Shown one piece after another: positions 1 to 11,175 of a DNA stretch of 64,000 nucleotides. Source of the DNA: Octopus sinensis. Lineage: Eukaryota. The position numbers and the translations under genes are program-made. The stretch covers positions 43,462,001 to 43,526,000 of the forward strand of contig NC_043014.1 in NCBI RefSeq assembly GCF_006345805.1. Direction: 5' to 3'. The stretch's first letter is position 1, and every line of letters starts with the position of its first letter. Below the pieces are notes generated by a model that was not told where the DNA came from, searched no databases, and was given only the letters and a program-made list of their open reading frames with translations.

Positions 1-395
1 TTTTCACTATTGCTTGTTATTTTCCTTTTCTTCCTGGCAAATGTCCTCTCATTGTTCGCTGTTGTGTTTAAAGTATATTTTAAGCTCTGTTCTATTTTTG
101 AAGCCTCCTCAGACTCTTAACAATATTAGAATATCTACACTGTAACTCGAAAGACAGACAGTCAGGCGTGTCTGCACTTTGTTCTTCGTTTGAAGATATT
201 CATTTTGCACTAAATGTCTTACAGTAAACAAACAAATTTATTTTATCTTATTTCATTTTTATTTGAAAAGAAATTTTTTTTTTTTTCCCCCCCATTTATC
301 TATTAATTTTCTCATCGTTCAATATGTCTTTCATGAACTTAATGAAGACATTTTCGAAAATTCCAACAAAATTAAGCTTTGTGTTCATACTTTAT

Positions 396-1080
396 TCTTT
401 TACTTGTGTCAGTCATTTGACTGCGGCCATGCTGGAGCACCGCCATTTGGTCGAACAAATCGACCCCCAGGACTTATTCTTTGTAAGCCTAGTACTTATT
501 CTATCTGTCTCTTTTGCTGAACTGCTGAGTTACAAAGATGTAAACACACCAACACTGGTTGTCAAGTGATGGTGGGAGGAGAAACACACACATATATATG
601 ACAGGCTTCTCTCAGTTTCTGTCTTCCAAATCCACTCACAAGGCACTGGTTGGCCCGAGGCTGTAATAAAAGACACTTACCCAAAGTACCATGCAGTGGG
701 ACAGAATCTGGAATGATGTGGTTGGAAAGCTCACTTCTCAAGCACATGGTTCCAGATTCAGTCCCACTGCATGGCACCTTGGGCAAGTGTCTTCTACTAC
801 AGCCTCGGGCCAACCAAAGCCTTTGTGAGTGGATTTGGAAGACGGAAACTGAGAGAAGCCTGTTGTATATATCTGTATATATTTGTACTTGTCCTCCCAC
901 CATCATTTGACAAACAATGTTGGTGTGTTTACATCCCCGTAACTTAGCAGTTCAGCAAAATAGAGTGATAGAATAAGTACTAGGCTTACAAAGAATAAGT
1001 CCTGAGGTCCATTAGTTCGACAAAAGGTGGTGCTCCAGCATGGCCACAGTCAAATGACTGAAGCAAGCAAAAGAATAATA
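396..1080. mobile_element. Two copies of tRNA/CORE-like SINE (family B) fused head-to-head (minus copy ~396-735, plus copy ~740-1080)
   Basis: Family motifs ggcaccttgggcaagtgtcttctactacagcctcgggcc and ggtgctccagcatggccacagtcaaatgactgaa on +, with their reverse complements on the left; both heads truncated at the junction. Confidence 0.85.
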
Positions 1081-1458
1081 GAAAGAATTTAATTCAATAT
1101 AGCTGAAGAATATCAAAGGTTTTATTTATATTTCATCTAGTTTCAGCTCACGTGCTGTGGCCATGCTGGGGCACCACCATTTGTGTTGCGTCATTTCCAT
1201 TTACATAACTTTCATGAGTGATATTAAGTGAAAAGAAATAGCTACAAGATAGGAGTGAAAACCAGATTTAAATGACTGAATTGTGTGTTGTCCCTTATAT
1301 TTATTATAAACTTAAATTCTGCTTTAATTTATTTTGATTTCTCTTCAGTTTTTCAAATGCCAAGTTTGTTTGACCCTTCAGTGTTTAAACTGGCCATTTC
1401 AGGAAAGAAAGAAAAATTAGGGTTAGGAAAAGGAAGGGCTGTAGAAAATCTGTCTTAA

Positions 1459-1679
1459 CCCTTTTGTTACTGTATTTATTTTGAGATGCTCTGTGTTTCT
1501 TTCAATTACTTTAAATATAACAAAGAATTTAGTAAAATAACTTAGTTATCATTCAGCTAGTGTCAGGAACATAAATTGTGACTAAGGTTTGGTGGAAGAT
1601 TTTAATTTGATACTTATGGAAACGAGACATTTGTACAACAGAGCCAGAGCCGGTTTTAGCCGGGTTGGTAACGAAAGGG
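1459..1679. mobile_element. piggyBac-type TTAA MITE (family D, ~220 bp)
   Basis: TTAA-CCCTTTTGTTAC ... GTAACGAAAGGG terminal inverted repeats; body matches copies at 3727, 3978, 21232, 25495 and 51280. Confidence 0.85.
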
Positions 1680-2904
1680 TCAAACTGGCCATATTAGGTA
1701 AAGAAAAATTTTTTACCTGTTTAACATTTAAATCAGCTAGATATAGCCTCTCACACCTGCCCTACAGTGTCATTCCAAAAATAAAACCAAGATGATGTAC
1801 GATTAAACCAGCTTTATCTGGCTAAAATAATCTACTTACATTATCTTCAAACTTGCTAGATCCAGCCTCTCACATATCAGAGACTATAAATAAACAATCA
1901 CATCATTGAAATCTCAAAGCTACAAGCTACTACATGACTAATTCATATCAATGTGAATAAATAAGAAATACATTTGGTAGAGTAATCTGAATGCTAAATG
2001 ACTGAACTTTATCGTTTAGTTAAAGGATTAAGTGTGGCCATGTTCGCTCTTTGACATCATTCTGAAACTGTAGCGCTAAGACTTTATTCTTAGGAACCTC
2101 ACATTCACGATATTGAAAAACCAGAGCTATCGCTCACAAGGCAGGTTATAACTCTGTAGCCCATGTATGCTTTTGCTTATTGTTTTTGGTGTGTGTGTGT
2201 AGCTGCAGGACAACATAGACAGATACTTGCTCAGTTTTCCCACTTATGACTCAGTGGAGCTTCCTAGATGTGACAGCTAGTGAGTGAGAGAGAGGGTGGA
2301 GGTGGTAGGAGAGAGAGAGGGTGGGGGTGGTAGGAGAGAGAGAGTGAGAGAGAGAGATGTTAAATACAGAGGATGTATTAGAATTACCAAAAGGCAATTA
2401 TGACCATTTCCATTGAGAAGGAGTGATAACCTCTAGAATTGAGAGAGAGAGCAAAGGTTACATAAGTGCTCAGCTGGTTTTTATTTCAACTGAGCCGTCC
2501 GGGGCAACGTGAAACGAAGTGTCTTGTTCAAGAACACAATACATTATTCAGTCCAGGAATTTCTTTACCTTATGAATATGAATCCAACAGCTTGACCACT
2601 CAATGAAATCAGAGAGAAAAGAGTCAAAAAAATAGCCACAGCTTTGAGCTGAAACTGATATAAAAAAAAAAATTAAAATAAATAAAAAATAAAAGCTTGC
2701 CTTTGAGAGATTTTCTTTTCTTAGTTATTATCTGCACCTGTGGGTACAGGTGTGGGTGGCTACAGTTACATGGTTTCAAATTCAATCTCTCTGCCTGGTA
2801 CCTTAGGCAAGTGTCTCTTATAAAAGCCCTGCATTAACCAAAGCCTTATGAGTTAGGTTTGACAGATGGGAACTGAAAGAAGTCCATTGTATATGTGTAT
2901 ATAT

Positions 2905-3285
2905 GTGAACGCAATTCGTTTCTAGTCGAAAGACTCCTGTTGTTATGTCCTGTTATTATTATTATTATTGTTTTTTGTATTTATATTCGTATTTTTTGTG
3001 GTTTTTTTTGTATTTATGTTCGTGTAACATCGTCCGTTTTTCTGTCCTTGTTTTGTATACATTTGATCCTTTTCCCAAGGAATCTAATGCTCTTAGCTTA
3101 GTTTTTCCTTGGGGCTGGCCAGATTGGAGCAATCTCAAGATTAATCAGCCAAAATTACGAGGATGATCCGGTTCTTGACTGAAGATTAAAGGCTTCAAAT
3201 GACCCCTCCATGTTTTTTTGTAATCGTCTTTTTGGATGTTTTGCATTCTTGTCCCATTTTGTATTTTTTATATGTATATGTGTAT
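2905..3285. mobile_element. Unclassified element embedded in TA/TG microsatellite, possibly a Penelope-like relic
   Basis: Bounded by (TA/TG)n on both sides, low-complexity T-rich body; classification is inference only. Confidence 0.35.
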
Positions 3286-3299
3286 ATATATATACATGG

Positions 3300-3520
3300 G
3301 GTTGACCTGACAGTAAACCAAAACCATTTGATACCAAGATTTATTTATGTTTAACAACTGAATGAATTTAATAAAAAGCATCAAATATGAAACAGAATGA
3401 AAATTGTTCAAACTGATTGAAGTCCTTCCTGAGCAAGACGTTTTTCCATTCGAGTCCATACAGAATTACTGATGGTATTTATGGAATTTTGATTTGCTGT
3501 CGGGTGACTTTAGGCCAACC
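3300..3520 (-). pseudogene. Possible decayed non-LTR reverse transcriptase C-terminal fragment
   Basis: Minus-strand translation IPSVILYGLEWKNVLLRKDFNQFEQF resembles the P-V-L-L-Y-G-x-E motif downstream of the RT domain in RTE/L2-type LINEs; stops nearby. Confidence 0.3.
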
Positions 3521-3726
3521 CTCTGTGTGTGTGTGTGTGAACTAGTGCTGATGTCTTGTGATGCTTGTAAGTGAATGTCAACATCATACAAGTGGTGTCC
3601 TTTCTTTTTAGTCTCCTGAGTAAAAACATATAATGCCAATGCCAAGGAGTAGGGTTGTGCAATAATATCTCATTTAGATACAGGTTAGGGTTAGGAAAAG
3701 GAAGGGATAAAGGAAATCTGTCTTAA

Positions 3727-4197
3727 CCCTTTTGTTACTGTATTTATTTTGAGATGCTCTGTGTTTCTTTCAATCACTTTAAATATGACAAAGAATTTAG
3801 TAAAATAACTTGGTTATCATTCAGCTAGTGTTGGGAACATAAATTGTGACTAAGGTTTGGTGGAAGATTTTAATTCAAAACTTATGAAAACAAGACATTT
3901 GTACTCAGAGCCAAAGCCGGTTTCAGCCAGGTTGGTAATGAAAGTGTTAAGAATTATTTCTCTATTATATATTTTAACCCTTTCATTACTGTATTTATTT
4001 TGAGATGCTCTGTGTTTCTTTCAATTACTTTAAATATAACAAAGACTTTAGTAAAATAACTTAGTTATCATTCAGCTAGTGTTAGGAACATAAATTGTGA
4101 CTAAGGTTTGGTGGAAGATTTTAATTCAGAACGATTGAAAACAAGGTATTTGTACTCAGAGACAGAACTGGTTTCAGCCGGGTTGGTAATGAAAGGG
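3727..4197. mobile_element. Dimer of TTAA MITEs separated by a 23-bp spacer (duplicated at 5128-5598)
   Basis: TTAA-CCC...GTG-TTAA, spacer 3951-3973, TTAA-CCC...GGG-TTAA. Confidence 0.85.
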
Positions 4198-4309
4198 TTA
4201 ATGCATCATGCCTGACCCTCACCAGCATAGGAAAATGGGCCCTAAATGATGATGATGATGGTATGCAATGTATGTATGTACGTATGTATGTCTGACTGTC
4301 AATAATACT

Positions 4310-4541
4310 TATTTCTTTATTACCCACAAGGGGCTAAACACAGAGGGGACAAACAAGGACAGACATAGGTATTAAGTCGATTACATCGACCCCAGTGCAT
4401 AACTGGTACTTAATTTATCGACCCCGAAAGGATGAAAGGCAAAGTCGACCTCGGCGGAATTTGAACTCAGAACGTAACGGCAGATGAAATACTGCTAAGC
4501 ATTTCGCCCGGCGTGCTAACGTTTCTGCCAGCTCGCCACCT
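4310..4541 (-). mobile_element. Full-length tRNA-derived SINE (family A) with 8-bp TSD ATAATACT
   Basis: Minus strand: A-box-like TGGCAGAAACGTTAG, B-box GAGTTCAAATTCC, central gcctttcatcctttcggggtcgataaattaagtaccag, tail taaagaaata; TSD at 4302-4309 and 4542-4549. Confidence 0.92.
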
Positions 4542-5702
4542 ATAATACTGTGTAGCCATATCTTCCTGTTAAGCAGATTTGATTGGTTTCAATAAAAAAA
4601 AAAAGCAACAGTGAAAATGCAGTTGTAACCCCAGGCTAATGTAGTCCAGAGCAGGAAATGTTTCTTAGGAAGCTTACTTGCTTACCCTAATTATATAGAC
4701 AATCATATTATATTATAAATTACATGATGACTTTTTCAGCGGTGCTCCACCGACCTAATGAGTAAAGGGTGTCTCACCACATCACCATCACCACCACCAA
4801 TGACAGTAGCAACACAAATGGAATATGGAAACAGGCTGTCAGGTTGGGGACTTAGGACACTGTACAGGGCTTGTGTGTGTGTCTGTATATATGTATGTGT
4901 GTGTGTATATATATATGTGTGTGTGTGTGTGTGAACTAGTGCTGATGTCTTGTGATGCTTGTAAGTGAATGTCAACATCATACAAGTGGTGTCCTTTCTT
5001 TTTAGTCTCCTGAGTAAAAACATATAATGCCAATGCCAAGGAGTAGGGTTGTGCAATAATATTCTTATTTAGAAACAGGTTAGGGTTGGAAAACAAAAAA
5101 GGAAGGGATAAAGGAAATCTGTCTTAACCCTTTTGTTACTGTATTTATTTTGAGATGCTCTGTGTTTCTTTCAATCACTTTAAATATGACAAAGAATTTA
5201 GTAAAATAACTTGGTTATCATTCAGCTAGTGTTGGGAACATAAATTGTGACTAAGGTTTGGTGGAAGATTTTAATTCAAAACTTATGAAAACAAGACATT
5301 TGTACTCAGAGCCAAAGCCGGTTTCAGCCAGGTTGGTAATGAAAGTGTTAAGAATTATTTCTCTATTATATATTTTAACCCTTTCATTACTGTATTTATT
5401 TTGAGATGCTCTGTGTTTCTTTCAATTACTTTAAATATAACAAAGACTTTAGTAAAATAACTTCGTTATCATTCAGCTTGTGTTAGGAACATAAATTTTG
5501 ACTAAGGTTTGGTGGAAGATTTTAATTCAGAACGATTGAAAACAAGGTATTTGTACTCAGAGACAGAACTGGTTTCAGCCGGGTTGGTAATGAAAGGGTT
5601 AATGCATCATGCCTGACCCTCACCAGCATAGGAAAATGGGCCCTAAATGATGATGATGATGGTATGCAATGTACGTATGTATGTCTGACTGTCAATAATA
5701 CT

Positions 5703-5934
5703 TATTTCTTTATTACCCACAAGGGGCTAAACACAGAGGGGACAAACAAGGACAGACACACGGATTAAGTCGATTACATCGACCCCAGTGCGTAACTGGT
5801 ACTTAATTTATCGACCTCGAAAGGATGAAAGGCAAAGTCGACCTCGGCGGAATTTGAACTCAGAACGTAACGGCAGATGAAATACCGCTAAGCATTTCGC
5901 CCGGCGTGCTAACGTTTCTGCCAGCTCGCCGCCT
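5703..5934 (-). mobile_element. SINE family A, copy at the equivalent position in duplicated unit 2
   Basis: Same TSD (5695-5702, 5935-5942); 7 substitutions versus the 4310 copy. Confidence 0.92.
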
Positions 5935-6298
5935 ATAATACTGTGTAGCCATATCTTCCTGTTAAGCAGATTTGATTGGTTTCAATAAAAAAAAAAAGCA
6001 ACAGTGAAAATGCAGTTGTAACCCCAGGCTAATGTAGTCCAGAGCAGGAAATGTTTCTTAGGAAGCTTACTTGCTTACCCTAATTATATAGACAATCATA
6101 TTATATTATAAATTACATGATGACTTTTTCAGCGGTGCTCCACCGACCTAATGAGTAAAGGGTGTCTCACCACATCACCATCACCACCACCAATGACAGT
6201 AGCAACACAAATGGAATATGGAAACAGGCTGTCAGGTTGGGGACTTAGGACACTGTACAGGGCTTGTGTGTGTGTCTGTATATATGTATGTGTGTGTG

Positions 6299-6329
<31 letters not shown>

Positions 6330-6527
6330 ATATATATGTGTGTGTGTGTGCGTGTATGTGTATATATATATATGACTTAGCCTTTCATCCTTTCGGGGTC
6401 GATAAATTAAGTACCAGTTACATACTGGGGTCGATCTAATCGACTTAATCCGTTTGTCTGTCCTTGTTTGTCCCCTCTGTGTTTAGCCCCTTGTGGGTAG
6501 TAAAGAAATATATATATATATATATAT

Positions 6528-6863
6528 CCGTTAATAATGAAGGGTGAAATTAATAATTGGAATAATTATCAATTACACCAAGTAGTCTTCGCATGCATGT
6601 AAAAGCCTCATTCGAGGAAAATTTAAGTAATACTAAGCAATAAAGGTTTAGCAACGAATTGCCTTACCACATACCGATTTAGAAATAGCAGTCAAAGAGT
6701 TATAGCTATTTCTTCTACTAAAAAGGGAGATCTCAGTAAAAACAGCAATTGCTGTTTTTACTGAGATCTCCTTTTTAGTAGAAGAAATAGCTATAACTCT
6801 TGACTGCTATTTCTAAATTCGGTATGTGGTAAGGCAATTCGTTGCTAAACCTTTATTGCTTAG
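6528..6863. mobile_element. (TA)n-embedded element ending in a 231-bp spacerless palindrome (6633-6863); probable Penelope-like relic
   Basis: Arms 6633-6748 and 6749-6863 are reverse complements apart from three single-base indels; centre cagcaa|ttgctg; flanked by (TA)n. Confidence 0.7.
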
Positions 6864-6900
<37 letters not shown>

Positions 6901-7018
6901 ATATATATAATATGTATGTTTGTGTGTTGTGTGAGTATGTGTATGTATGTATATATGTATGTATATATGTATGCATGTGTATAAGTATGCATGTATGTAT
7001 ATATATATGTGTGTGTAT

Positions 7019-7063
<45 letters not shown>

Positions 7064-7518
7064 CAAAGTGGAGTTGTAAGGTACCGCACGAGTGGAATTA
7101 TATATGAAAGAAGGTTTGAAAATGCAATTTTAAAAGATGTTTATTTACTTTACCGGTTACACTTTTTAGAAGAAGATTGTCAAAAGTAACATGTAAAAGT
7201 TTGGTTGTGTTAATTATTGGTTGTCACAAAATACTACAATACATATATACATTTTTTGGTAACAAGAACATGTTTAGGACATAAAAAAGTTTAACAAGTT
7301 CATTAAAATATTGGGCACAAAAGATTACAACATATATATATATATATATATATATACATTCTCAAGAAAATGTTAAAGATAGTTTCCAGAAGGAATTATT
7401 AAAAAGTTCAGTGGAATATTGGTATTGTATCCGTATATACATACACACACAGAATATTATAAGTTCAAAAAAGTTTACATTATAGTAGTAGGGTAGCTTA
7501 AACTGACCTGGTCCACCA

Positions 7519-7549
<31 letters not shown>

Positions 7550-7551
<2 letters not shown>

Positions 7552-7744
7552 GGAGTAAACACATAAATGTGAAACAAGGTGGAAAAAAGAGTACTCAAAT
7601 ACCAGTGGTAGAGTAATATGCTTTATTTAAAGCAGCAGAAAATTCAACAAAACCTGTTACTCTGCTAGCAAAAACTGTCTGACGACGGAAACGTGAAACT
7701 CAGAGTAACAGGTTTTGTTGAATTTTCTGCTGCTTTAAATAAAG
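7550..7744 (+). mobile_element. (TA)n-embedded Penelope-like pLTR relic with perfect 44-bp inverted repeat
   Basis: 7621-7664 is the exact reverse complement of 7701-7744; (TA)n on both sides; contains a hammerhead motif. Confidence 0.7.
7675..7711 (+). ncRNA. Minimal type I hammerhead ribozyme motif
   Basis: Stem I CTGT(7675-78)/ACAG(7708-11); core CTGACGA 7679-85; short stem II CG-GAAA-CG plus bulged T; GAAA 7695-98; palindromic stem III ACTC-A-GAGT; predicted GUA cleavage triplet ending at 7707. Confidence 0.7.
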
Positions 7745-8109
7745 TATATATATATATATGCTGTTGACACAAATGAAAACAGTAATTAATGACCAGCAGT
7801 GAGGTGAGTATTTATAGTAACACTGTTGGTTGTTATATTAACTCTTTGCCGAGCAAGAGCTGTGGCCATAAGCAATTTTATAAACTAGAATTGGGTTAGT
7901 TGGTAGTGAACAAGTTCTAAATAAAGCATTTTTAATTGAATTTATTGAGCCATATCTTCAAGGAAGCTATGAAAAAGAGAAAAGAAAAGACTATGTTAGT
8001 TAGACCTGTTGTTCTTTAACCCTAGGTCACCTCCAGTCAAAGTGACTTTGGATCATACACATTCTAACTATGTGCATAGCATTATTCAATGTGTATTTTC
8101 TTTTGATTA

Positions 8110-8665
8110 ATGTCCACTTTCCGTACTGGCATGGGCTGGACGGTTTGACTGAGAGCTGGCAAGCCAGAAGGCTGCACCAGGCTCCAATTAGATCTGGCAA
8201 TGTTTCTACGGCTGGATGCCCTTCCTAACGCTAACCACTCCGAGAGTGTAGTGGGTGCTTTTTACGTGCCACTGGTACAAAGGCCAAGGCAGTTCTGGCA
8301 TCGACCACACTTGAATGGTGCTTTATATGTGCCACCGGCACAGGAGCCAGTCAGGCAGTACTGGCATCAACCATGCTCGAATGGTGCTTTTTACATGCCA
8401 CTGGCACGGGAGCCAGTCAGGTGGTACTGGCATTGACCATGCTCGAATGGTACTTTTTACATGCCACCGGCACAGGAGTAGTCAGCCGGCACTGGCATCA
8501 ACCACACTCAAATGGTGTTTTTTATGTGCCACCGGCACAGGAGCCATTCTGGTTGCACTGGCAACGATCACGCTTGAATGGTGTTTTTTACGTTCCACCA
8601 GCTTGGGACCAGTCAGGCGGCACTGGCACCGACCATGCTCAAATGGTGGTTTTACATGCTACCAA
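8110..8665 (-). mobile_element. SINE family C (RTE-type tail) with internal ~65-bp tandem array (8255-8665, about 6 units)
   Basis: Motif ctggatgcccttcctaacgccaaccactcc; repeated unit tggtgctttttacgtgccaccggcacaggagccagtcaggcggcactggcatcgaccatgctcgaa with divergence. Confidence 0.85.
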
Positions 8666-9939
8666 CATTGTATACGTATAATTATTTTATTTTGTCATGT
8701 TTGTTTGCATCATTGTCTACAAGACAATGTTCGTTAGGTATTCCCAGTGGCTTCTTGCTGCTGGCGCCTCCAAAACTGAACAATCAACATTAAAGGCATG
8801 AAATTGTAATGATCTTTTTGGACGTTGACTGACAAGGAATTCCCTACGAATTCTCTGTTTATTGTGTTCTTGTTAAACGTTTGTAATATTATATGTATAT
8901 AAATTATGAATATATTTTTTTCAAGTTCATTAAGTGTCAGATGTTATAAACCCTCATTCAGGTCACTGAAATGATAAACGAAAACAACAACAACAACAAC
9001 AGCATAGTGACTTTATTCCTTTAAGATAGCAAAACAAATTTACTGTGAAGCCAAATAGAGATGTTTAGATAAGGCTGCTAGACAAAAGAGCCATTCTGTG
9101 AGCTTTTAGTATTTGTCTGTGATTGTGCTTCTGTGTGTGTCTGTGTGTGGATTGCATTGCAGTGGTGAATGAATCCTTCAAGCCTTGTCTCCTCCTCCTC
9201 CTCCTCTACCTCCACCTGTCTGCTGTCTCTTCCCTTCACTACTCCTCCCCCTCTCTATCTGTCTCTTTCCTCCTCCCCTCGCAACTCTCTCTTTTTTTTT
9301 TTTCTTCTTCTTCTCATCTCTACTTTCAACAATTCAATGTCATTCATATAAACAAATGTCTAGACTTCCTGCAGGGAATTTCTCTAACCTACTGCCATTC
9401 TAATCACTTCTGTTTATTTATTTATTATTTTATTAATTTTTTTTTTCTCTCTCTCTTTCTCTCTTTTTATTTTTTATATTTTTGTGGTTGTTGTTTCTTC
9501 TGAGTAAATATATCACTGCTGTTGGTACTGAAGGGAATATCAATAATTTTTTTTTGTGTGTGTGTGTGTGTGTGTGTTTTTTTTTTTGTTTTTCGTTGCT
9601 CCCTCCCACCATTTTATATATGTATGTATATATATATATCTTTCAATGAATACACATAGTTTTTGGAAGGAAAAATAAATATATAAAATATTAAAAACAA
9701 CAACAACAACAACAAACAAACCAAAAAAAATAACGAAGATTCCTTTATTTAGTTTTCTATTTATTTATTTGTTTGTCTTTCTTAATTACCTGGTTGTGAA
9801 TTTTTATTAGCTAAAGTGTTGAGTGACTTGGAATTTTTTTTTTGACTATTTTTCGTTATTTTTTCATTTTTACCTTTGTTTTCTCCATTTTTTTCTTCTT
9901 CTTCCAATCTATTTTCCTATACACTTTGAAATTCACCAT

Positions 9940-9940
9940 G

Positions 9941-9992
<52 letters not shown>

Positions 9993-10038
9993 CATACATT
10001 TATATATATAATATATATATATATATACATATACATAC

Positions 10039-10081
<43 letters not shown>

Positions 10082-10127
10082 CATACATTTATATATATAT
10101 ATATATATACATATACATACATTTATT

Positions 10128-10206
<79 letters not shown>

Positions 10207-10220
10207 TATATATATATACA
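9940..10220. repeat. (TA)n/(TACA) compound microsatellite
   Basis: Direct reading. Confidence 0.95.
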
Positions 10221-10919
10221 CAAACTCAAAACATGAAAGTAAAAAAAAAAAAAAGCGATAAGGTTCAATTTAATTCTGAAGGTCAATTAATTAAGATGAT
10301 CTCTTTTCTAACCTTGTCTTCTTTTTTTGTTGTCTTTTTTTTTTTTTTAAATAAATTATTTTATTGTATTTATTTATTATCAGATTCTAACCTCTTAAGC
10401 TTATTTATTCTTCCATTTCCATTCATTCAGGTTTTGTTTTTTTTTGTTTTTTTTCTCTCTTTTGTTTTTGCCTAGCTTCTCTCTCTCTTACAGACAGAAA
10501 GTTATTGTCTGCGGATCTTGCAGATTAACACAGGGGTTGAACTGGAGGGTGTGTGTCTCAAGCAATACATTTTGCCATTGAATATTTTATTGACTCTGGC
10601 TGGTTTTCGTATTTACATATATGTAAAAAGGCCAGCGTGAAAAAGACACATTTTTATTTACGCATCTATTTGATAAATGGAAGTCTTATGTTTGGTCAGT
10701 TGCCTAAATTGTAATTTACATGTTCTTGCGAAGAAGAATTGACCAGACTTGTTAAAAAAAAGTTTAACGCTTTCTAGCTGTCCGTCGTTATATTTGGTTA
10801 TTACTCAATTCCTCTTTCAACTACTGCTGTCGTCTCTACCATTTCAAACCAGTTCTACTTACTCCTGTCTGGTTTCGCCATTCTGACACCAATTTCTCAC
10901 CACCACCACAACTACCACC

Positions 10920-10922
10920 GTC

Positions 10923-10953
<31 letters not shown>

Positions 10954-11175
10954 CTTCTTCTTCTTCTTCTTCTTCTTCTTTTTCTTCTTCTTCTTTTTCT
11001 TCTTCTTCTTCTTTTTTTTCTTCTTCTTCTTCTTCTTTTTCTTCTTCTTCTTCTTATTTTTCTTCTTCTTCTTCTTCGTCATCTTCTTATTTGTCTTCTT
11101 CTTCTCTTCTTGTTTCCTTTTTCTCCTCACCTCCTTTTTCTTTTCCTCCTCCTCCTTTTTCTCCTCCTCCTTCTT
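10920..11175. repeat. (CTT)n/(CCT)n polypyrimidine microsatellite
   Basis: Direct reading; source of the poly-K ORF. Confidence 0.95.

Larger units (their letters stand above)
3526..6340. repeat. ~1.39-kb direct tandem duplication (unit 1 ~3526-4920, unit 2 ~4921-6340)
   Basis: actagtgctgatgtcttgtg at 3541 and 4935; same order of MITE dimer, SINE-A and unique flank; ~390 bp (4542-4930 vs 5935-6320) read as identical; junctions fall in (TG)n tracts. Confidence 0.95.

Noticed and set aside
3170-3210. CTGAAGA as a hammerhead core
   Set aside because: No properly placed GAAA or supporting stems.
6565-6625. Minus-strand hammerhead (cgaatgag...gcgaag)
   Set aside because: Both core boxes deviate and no convincing stems I/III; at best a decayed relic.
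7140-7185. Minus-strand ctt-ctaaaaa...accggt-a-aag hammerhead remnant
   Set aside because: The core is too degraded and stem II/GAAA is missing.
7795-7812. Strong splice donor GAG|GTGAGT
   Set aside because: No credible upstream acceptor or exon; it abuts a microsatellite and mobile element.
8255-8665. Regular ~65-bp array as CRISPR or a repeat-protein gene
   Set aside because: There are no unique spacers; it is an internal tandem expansion of SINE-C in a eukaryotic context.
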